Part shown: one piece after another, positions 57,629-64,000 of the stretch
Layout of the letters: the number at the start of each line of letters is the position of its first letter
How positions within the stretch are numbered: position 1 is the first letter of the stretch
Program-made: the position numbers and the translations under genes
Assembly (NCBI GenBank): GCA_963807605.1
Contig: CAWECG010000003.1
Span: forward strand, 384,001 to 448,000
Direction of reading: 5' to 3'
From: Candidatus Bathyarchaeota archaeon
Lineage (GTDB): Archaea > Thermoproteota > Bathyarchaeia > 40CM-2-53-6 > RBG-13-38-9
Length of the DNA stretch: 64,000 nt
Notes under the pieces: model-generated
What the model was told of the DNA's origin: nothing
Databases searched by the model: none
What the model saw: the letters and a program-made list of their open reading frames with translations, nothing else

Positions 57629-58297
57629 TTGGCAACATTGGCGAACATATTCATTAGTCACAGTCGAAAGGACGATTCGCTAATTGCAAGTGTCCATCAA
57701 CTCCTAGTAAACGTAGGTCATACTCCAATTATTGAGGAATTCATTCCAGAGTCAGAAAAACTGCCTATCCCCCATGATGAGATTCAGAGAAATGTGTCCG
57801 TCAGCGACGCCATCTTTTTGTTCCTCACTGATAATGTTCTCGCAACAGACTATACTAGAAATTGGGTGGTCTTCGAAGTCGGTTTAGCGAAGCAAGCTTC
57901 GAAACGAGTATTTGTGTTCGAAAGATACGGTGTTCCAATTCCGTATCCAATACCGTACGTCACAGATTACACGATTTTCGACCCACAGAGCATCAGTGAT
58001 CTCCTGACCATCCAAACGATAGCAAAAGAACTGGTTGGAAAGATTCCTGCAGCCTTGATTGGAGCAGGGGCAGGTGCGTTGCTTGGCGCTGCCTTTGGAC
58101 CATTAGGATTTGCGATAGGTGCTATTACACTTGGTCTCGCAGGTCACAATTGGGATGTTCAAGCTGAAGCGAAAATTCCGGTTGTCGAATGCCCGTATCC
58201 CAACTGCCATGTTCGTTTCAGGTATTACTCTCCAAACGTCACCTCCTTCAATTGCCCGACATGCCGCCAACAAATTGACCCTCCGAGGTGGGTTTAA
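57629..58297 (+). CDS. TIR domain + glycine-zipper TM + zinc ribbon protein
   Basis: IFISHSRKD, WVVFEVGLA; GAGAGALLGAAFGPLG..IG; CPYPNC...CPTC. Confidence 0.82.
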   Translation: MATLANIFISHSRKDDSLIASVHQLLVNVGHTPIIEEFIPESEKLPIPHDEIQRNVSVSDAIFLFLTDNVLATDYTRNWVVFEVGLAKQASKRVFVFERYGVPIPYPIPYVTDYTIFDPQSISDLLTIQTIAKELVGKIPAALIGAGAGALLGAAFGPLGFAIGAITLGLAGHNWDVQAEAKIPVVECPYPNCHVRFRYYSPNVTSFNCPTCRQQIDPPRWV

Positions 58298-58602
58298 TGA
58301 CAGAGATCAGTCGAAAATACAGTACGGATGCAGACAAGACTCTGGAAAAGATCAAGGAAACTTGCAACCGTTTGGGATTTCCCATAGTCAATGAGGACGC
58401 AACGACTCGGCGTATACAAGTATCAACCGGATGCACCGCTTTTTCCTGGGGGGAGACTATGGATATCATAGTAAGTCAGCAGAAAGATGGAGCAACGGTA
58501 ACAGTCGATTCAAAGCCCAAAGTCTGGTACAATCTTCCTGGATCGGAACGGGCTAAAAGAAACGCAGAGGCTCTACTTGACGAATTAGATAAACAAGTAT
58601 GA
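58297..58602 (+). CDS. small hypothetical alpha/beta protein
   Basis: FSWGE motif; TAATG coupling to the TIR gene. Confidence 0.65.
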   Translation: MTEISRKYSTDADKTLEKIKETCNRLGFPIVNEDATTRRIQVSTGCTAFSWGETMDIIVSQQKDGATVTVDSKPKVWYNLPGSERAKRNAEALLDELDKQV

Positions 58603-58747
58603 TGAAGACCCATCCCACAATCCCCCCTCTGCAGAAGGCTATCTTCGGTTCTGTCAAGTCTTCGGGCGATTTTTCTCCCTGTCAAGTTCGAGAGATTACT
58701 TGATGGGGAATATGGTAACTTGATCGGGAGTTTTAATAGTTCAATTC

Positions 58748-59541
58748 ATGCTATCTGTGATTATGCCTTCACACAACCTCTGGGCAATGCTGGCGATAAT
58801 CGCAGTATCGACAATACTAATTCTTTTGGGAGTTTATCTAGTCCCATCACGAGTTATGGGCGATCTCGCTACAGCGAATATACTTCTACTGGTTCTTATC
58901 GTAACAGGGGTTTCGGTGCCCTTATCGCTTTTTTTATTGAACGCCACGAGAGATTCAGCAATGCCCCTCGCTTGACATATGAACCCTACATAATCAAGGG
59001 AACCGAGCATCCGTGTTCTGAGATTAGTCTGTTTCTCGGTCAAAATGGGTTCATAGTTGCTCTAAAGATAGTGAATGAAGGACGTAGTCCTGCCAATGAC
59101 TGTAGCGGAAGAATTGACTTCGAGAGAGTAGTAGGTTCTCAAGGCAAGGAATTGATGACTGAGAGTATCCTGAAAAATGGAACGCTAAATTGGAGTCACT
59201 TTGAGATTGAACAGACTGATGTTGACATTGCGAGGCAAATAGGCTTTTTAACTCTTGGTCCTACCCTTCAGCGCTATTATCCTACGAAAAGGAACCAAGA
59301 TTTGATACCGAAAGAACCTGAGTACCTTGAGATTTGTTTCACCATAAAGGGTCGTGACTTTGTCTATGCCACTATGACTAGTCGCGAGCCGACTCTGAAG
59401 ATGGGTGAAACATATCGGTTAACACTTCAGATGGTGGGTAGGGAACTGAACGAAAAACCGAGATTCTACATGCTTGACCTGAAGTCGTGGGATAAACCTG
59501 ATCTCATGCCCTGTAGTGAGTTGATCTCATTTTCTACCTAG
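58748..59541 (+). pseudogene. 2-TM membrane-anchored protein, frameshifted near 58911
   Basis: TM ORF 58748-58975 joins the other frame as ...VTGV/FGALIAFFIERHER. Confidence 0.55.
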
Positions 59542-59721
59542 TTCCATTTGTCCAAGTTTTCTAAGCAGAATAAGATCACGTTCGCAACCCTCGATAATTG
59601 CCTTGAGTCCTAGTTGCCGTACGCGTGTGAGGAGGGTTGTGTATCCTTTGAGTCGTTTGCCTTCTAGGTATGCTTCTAGTATTTTGCGTTCGGATTTGCC
59701 TAGTATTTCTTTTCGTACCAT
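59527..59721 (-). CDS. small hypothetical protein
   Basis: 64-aa ORF with ATG. Confidence 0.5.
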   Translation of the reverse strand: MVRKEILGKSERKILEAYLEGKRLKGYTTLLTRVRQLGLKAIIEGCERDLILLRKLGQMELGRK

Positions 59722-59730
59722 GATGACTCG

Positions 59731-59868
59731 TTACAAATCTTGCACAACTACATCAGACCACATGAAGCCCTAGAGAGTAAGACACCAGCAGATGCATGTG
59801 GAATCAAGGTCGAAGGAAAGAACAAGTGGCTAACGATAATCCAAAACGTAAGTGCGAAACGTAACTAG
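59731..59868 (+). pseudogene. C-terminal remnant of an archaeal IS6-like DDE transposase
   Basis: LHNYIRPHEALESKTPADACGIKVEGKNKWLTIIQN. Confidence 0.75.
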
Positions 59869-60302
59869 GAAAAGAGTGATTCAAAGTCGGTTCTTAGAGG
59901 TGTGATTTGATTAACGGAAACTTTGTTTTCCATTTCTTTGAACATCGCTTCGCCAGCGTTTCGCAATTCAGTTAGTATTTCGTCCTTAATTAGTTCACGA
60001 ATAGCTTTCATAGCGTTGATGTCGGAGCGGATTCTCGCAAGGAAGTATTCTGGAATTTTCGAGGTTGTTTGAAAGGACTGAAAGTCTCCTGCGTACCCAT
60101 ACATCATAGCGGTTTTCTCTGCAATCTCACTTCGCCTTATGTTGCTTAGAATCTTATCTACTCGTCTACTAGCACAGACCTCATGAATTGCGAATAGAAG
60201 AGCTAGGCCGCTAACGACTAGAGCCAATACGCTAAGGACTAGAGCTAGGTCGGTCACTGAAAACACCACTACATGCCATTTTCGCTTTGCATTATATAGC
60301 AA
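59865..60302 (-). CDS. single-TM hypothetical protein
   Basis: N-terminal TM helix followed by a helical domain. Confidence 0.55.
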   Translation of the reverse strand: MLYNAKRKWHVVVFSVTDLALVLSVLALVVSGLALLFAIHEVCASRRVDKILSNIRRSEIAEKTAMMYGYAGDFQSFQTTSKIPEYFLARIRSDINAMKAIRELIKDEILTELRNAGEAMFKEMENKVSVNQITPLRTDFESLFS

Positions 60303-60437
60303 ATAGGACTGCCAACATTAAAAACAAGCGTACCATACATGACGTTACCCTCTTTCAACGACTTTTGATGACAATCCTATCCGACGAAAGTTTACAAGAA
60401 GAAAATCCGACGAAGACTTTACAGAACCCACGCATAG

Positions 60438-61689
60438 GGCTCTGTTAAGTTGATGGGTGTTCGGTAGGCTTGTTAACTGTCGGGTGTTGACTGGCGTTCT
60501 GAATCAATCGATGGAGAAAAAATTAGAGTGGTACATCTACATTGGCGGACCTTTTCATTGGCGAATAATACGTCAATGGCATGGAGACTTGTTCTGATGC
60601 TTGCTGAACAGGAAATGAGTAAGACAACCTTCCGATTGCCGAAAAGTTTACTGAGAGAAACGCACACTATGCCATAGAGCATGACAAAACGGACACCGAG
60701 ATTTTCAATGAAGCACTTCCGAATATCTCAGCAAGAGGTCTGGAAAGAAATGAGTAGTGACCAACAATTAACTGAAGCAGAAAAAAGCCGTATTGGGAGT
60801 CCCGCGGAGACATACTGTATCTACGCGTGTCCCACATGCAAGCGAGAGTTGGAGCTGAGGGACGGCGGACTCCGGTGCCATGTCTGCGCGGTGACCTATC
60901 CTATCTTGGACGGCATTCCCGATTTCGTGCTCGAAGACCTCGCGGAGAACAGTAACCAAAGCTTGCGCATTATCGGGAAATGGACTCCTCCGTCCCGTTC
61001 GACTTCATGGCGCGCATTTACGAGACATGTGTGTATCCGCTGGTGTGTAACCTGCTTGGGGGGTGGCGCAGCATGTCCTTGAAAGAGCTGGCACTCGACA
61101 TCTCGGACATTGTGGGATCAGTCGATGGCTTAGTTCTGGATGTGGCATGCGGCCCGGGAACCTACGGTCGTCGCATCGCTTCCGAGTCAAGGACCATTTA
61201 TGGCATTGATGCCTCCATGAGCATGCTGCGCCGGGGTGTTCGCTACGTCGAGCGAGACTGTGTTCCCAACGTTCACTTCGCCGGGGCCAAGGTCGAGGCG
61301 CTGCCGTTCTCAGCCGGTCTGTTCGACGCTGCCATCTGCGCAGGGTCGTTGAACCACTTCTCCGACACAGTCTTTGCATTGCGTGAGATCGGCCGTACAA
61401 TGAAGGCGGGAGCGCCATTGGCGGTGATGTGCTTTGCCGTGAGCACTAGGGGCGAAGTGAAGCAAGGTCTCTTCAAATACCGACGCATTCGTGACCAATT
61501 GCCTAACGAAGGTGCTGGTCATATCTTCGAGTTCCCCGAACTCGACCGGTGCCTAGCCGAGGCTGGCTTTGAGGACTTCCGACCCCATCAGTACGGATGC
61601 CTCCTAGTGTCGTCCAGCACTCGAAAGAAATGAGCGGGGCATCACCCGATGCTACCAGTCAAATCAACACCCTAGAACTTAACAGAACC
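60438..61689. mobile_element. second non-autonomous IS6-like TIR-bounded unit carrying a methyltransferase
   Basis: GGCTCTGTTAAGTTGATGGGTGTT (60438-60461) vs reverse complement of 61666-61689, GGTTCTGTTAAGTTCTAGGGTGTT. Confidence 0.7.
60750..61633 (+). CDS. Trm112-like zinc ribbon + class I SAM methyltransferase, frameshifted at about 60978
   Basis: YACPTCK...CHVC..YPILDGIPDF; VLDVACGPG, GIDAS, LPF..FDA; one A missing in GGGAAA(A)TG. Confidence 0.75.
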
Positions 61690-61923
61690 TGCTGCTGGTC
61701 AGTACTCAAGAACCAGCGACCATATCACGATTAGGCATAGAAGAAAATTCCTCGTGAAAGCGCTGTCCCATAATGTGGACGTTAGCGCGATTGAAGGGGA
61801 GCCTGGATGCGAAGCCATAATGGCCCAACTGTGGGCGAATAGGCACATGCCAAATACATTCGTCCAGGAACAAGGATGGAAGAGGAGCCTTCACATAGGC
61901 GCGCTCATGATGATAGGATCCCA

Positions 61924-63309
61924 TTAGTTTTTCTTGGCCCTAATGACGAGAAATGTAGGCATAACTCTTCTAGCTCGAGCAATTCTTGGCGGAATAGACT
62001 TATCCAACGGCTCTGGTTCATCAAATCCCTCCATGGTAAATCCAAATTTCAACAAGGTGTTTACATATGATTTTAGAGGCCTATGGTAGACCGAAACTCT
62101 GACATGTTTTCCATTTAGTTTCCAACTCTCCACGTATTTTCTCTCCAAAAAATAGTCCTTCCAGATGCTTGGTAACTCGGCCTTGCTCTTGCTAGGAAAC
62201 AACATATCTTCGAAATTTGTCTTCAGAGGATGTGGCAGGGACATTACTAAGATTCCCCCATGTTTAAGAACTCTGAAGAATTCTCTAATCGTTGATTTGT
62301 AATCTCCAACATTGTCAAGTAGAAATCCGGCCGTTATCATATCGAACGACTCATCCTTGAAACCTAGTGAACTGCTATCAAGACGAAGAAGGTTTCCGCT
62401 TCGTTTACCGATAACTTTCTTGGCATAGGCCAACATATTTGAGGATATGTCAAAGCCGGTGACTTCAAAGCCCATATGAAGTAGTCTGTCGGCATAAAAC
62501 CCTCCACCGCATCCCGCGTCGAGTGCTCTGACGCCCCTATAAGAATCTATAAGATTAATTACAGCTGGCAATTCCATTAGTCGACTAAGAGAGTTCTCTG
62601 ATCTATATGCACAGTACTGGTTAGCTACTTCATCCCATGTATCAGATTCGAGGTCGCTTAGTAAAGAGACGAACCATGTGGGCGGATTTTTGATGTGATC
62701 AAGTATGTAGCTTCTTCTTCTGAGGATCCTTTTATGCACCTTGGGCATTGATCTAATTAGTCTTTCAAGCCTATCTACGGACGGGATATTCGAAGTCAAT
62801 AGTTTTGAGAGGTCGGAAAGATGTTTCTTGTTTTCGGCTCTTGTAGCTCCGCGGGCAAATATCATTTTCATTACAACTAGATGCTCAATAGGAGGAATGT
62901 GTAATTGCATAGATCCGAGGTTACAAATGAACGGCTCTTTTATCAGATGTCTAAGGGGATACCGAATTTCGATTCGCTTATAGGAGTCGTCAAGTATTTT
63001 TAATTCATCAATCACCAAATGCAGTTTCTGAATATCGGAGTCAATATATCTCACAAAAGCAAAGTGCGTATTCCTCGGTTCACCACGGAGATGTCCCTCC
63101 TTGAAACCTATTTCCTTTAAAAGGAATCTGACAGAATCTATATCTTGAAGTCTGCACACCAAGTCCAAATCAGCGATGCTTCGCCTTTTGACGAAACAGC
63201 TGGCTGCTAATCCGCCTATCCATAGATGCTCTATACCACTGTTTCCTATGTGCATAACGACCTCTTGAACAGCGCGTGTGCGTGTAGTTGAGCGCAATTT
63301 TGCGCTCAC
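61924..63309 (-). CDS. nucleotidyltransferase domain fused to a class I SAM methyltransferase
   Basis: IGGLA...DLDL, KHLSD; LDAGCGGG, GFDIS, FDMI, RVLKHGG. Confidence 0.8.
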   Translation of the reverse strand: MSAKLRSTTRTRAVQEVVMHIGNSGIEHLWIGGLAASCFVKRRSIADLDLVCRLQDIDSVRFLLKEIGFKEGHLRGEPRNTHFAFVRYIDSDIQKLHLVIDELKILDDSYKRIEIRYPLRHLIKEPFICNLGSMQLHIPPIEHLVVMKMIFARGATRAENKKHLSDLSKLLTSNIPSVDRLERLIRSMPKVHKRILRRRSYILDHIKNPPTWFVSLLSDLESDTWDEVANQYCAYRSENSLSRLMELPAVINLIDSYRGVRALDAGCGGGFYADRLLHMGFEVTGFDISSNMLAYAKKVIGKRSGNLLRLDSSSLGFKDESFDMITAGFLLDNVGDYKSTIREFFRVLKHGGILVMSLPHPLKTNFEDMLFPSKSKAELPSIWKDYFLERKYVESWKLNGKHVRVSVYHRPLKSYVNTLLKFGFTMEGFDEPEPLDKSIPPRIARARRVMPTFLVIRAKKN

Positions 63310-63995
63310 GCGGCCCCAAATTTGAGCTTTTTCAGATTGATCTCAGGGATTTTGTCAAAGAGTCTTATAGGTTTCTGGCCATGCAAGTCGATTAGTTTCA
63401 GATTTTCCAATTCTTTCAAGGCCTCAGAGAGAGCACTCTCTTTGAGCCCACAAAGAGGCATAAGATCCTTACGAACTCGTTTCCCGTCACAATTTAGAAA
63501 TAGAGATAACTTCTTGGGATTAGCCAGAACCTTGAATACCTGCGAAAGCTCCTTAGTTGACTTGATATCCAACCTCACGCTAGTCCTAGATTGGATGTCG
63601 ATCTTCTCTAGTTTCTTTTTAGCGGACTCAAAGATCTCGTGCAGGTTATAAGTTATTGCCTCCTGTAGTTTAACTGTAGAAGCAGGAGAAGTAAGTGCTT
63701 TCTTGATATGTTGCGTCTCTGATTGTTTCTCTAACTTCTTCACTGTTTTTAATTCACCATTTCTTACGACATACCATCTGTCTAGAAAAAGTGGGAGAAA
63801 GAAATCGTGCAAGTTGTTAATCCTATTTATTGAGTCTTCACTTGTGCTCTTTAGGAACTTGAGAACGTATTTGGCAATGTCATCTTGTCGATTATCAATA
63901 TCACTATATTTATAGTCATTTCCCTCTTCAAGGCGAAAATTCGGAAGTGCCGGCATTGACACAACAACTGGATCAACTCCTTTTGTGATATCCAT
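63306..63995 (-). CDS. protein with C-terminal ArsR-like wHTH, probably 5'-partial
   Basis: FKVLANPKKL...SALSEALKELENLKLI; frame open to the window edge. Confidence 0.6.
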   Translation of the reverse strand: MDITKGVDPVVVSMPALPNFRLEEGNDYKYSDIDNRQDDIAKYVLKFLKSTSEDSINRINNLHDFFLPLFLDRWYVVRNGELKTVKKLEKQSETQHIKKALTSPASTVKLQEAITYNLHEIFESAKKKLEKIDIQSRTSVRLDIKSTKELSQVFKVLANPKKLSLFLNCDGKRVRKDLMPLCGLKESALSEALKELENLKLIDLHGQKPIRLFDKIPEINLKKLKFGAA

Positions 63996-64000
63996 ATAGG

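Larger units (their letters stand above)
58647..60428. mobile_element. non-autonomous IS6-like TIR-bounded unit
   Basis: GGTTCTGTCAAGTCTTCG...GATTTT at 58647, its inverted copy ending at 60428, and an internal transposase remnant. Confidence 0.65.

Overview
Archaeal accessory DNA, probably Bathyarchaeia/TACK-like, judging from Orc1/Cdc6, archaeal-type TyrRS, a BHB-intron tRNA and archaeal integrases. It is organised around a tRNA-Lys(UUU) gene at 37410-37529 (-) that carries two introns and has a divergent tyrosine integrase on each side. The left part looks like one or more integrated elements. It carries a third integrase, cdc6 plus a cdc6 remnant, parB, a DNA MTase, two DUF87/HerA-like ATPases, two paralogous M48 proteases, Tat-exported M23 and transglutaminase-like proteins, a Cys-rich RiPP-like precursor, a Thoeris-like TM+TIR pair, a metallophosphoesterase+HSP90-like ATPase pair and an MNT-HEPN module. 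The most notable item is a compact ubiquitin-like conjugation operon at 28304-33682: candidate Ubl/inactive E2, active E2, JAB-E1 fusion, 8-Cys finger-wHTH, 2TM protein and ATPase-nuclease. The right part is a mosaic of single cargo genes separated by a recurrent GCTCACCAGCTA motif. It also holds a membrane-anchored TyrRS, a decayed casposon-like unit with about 250-bp inverted repeats, a G/T-skewed non-coding tract with iteron-like repeats, and two IS6-type TIR-bounded cargo units. Several single-base frameshifts suggest assembly indels or gene decay. All family assignments come from recognising motifs by eye; no searches were run.
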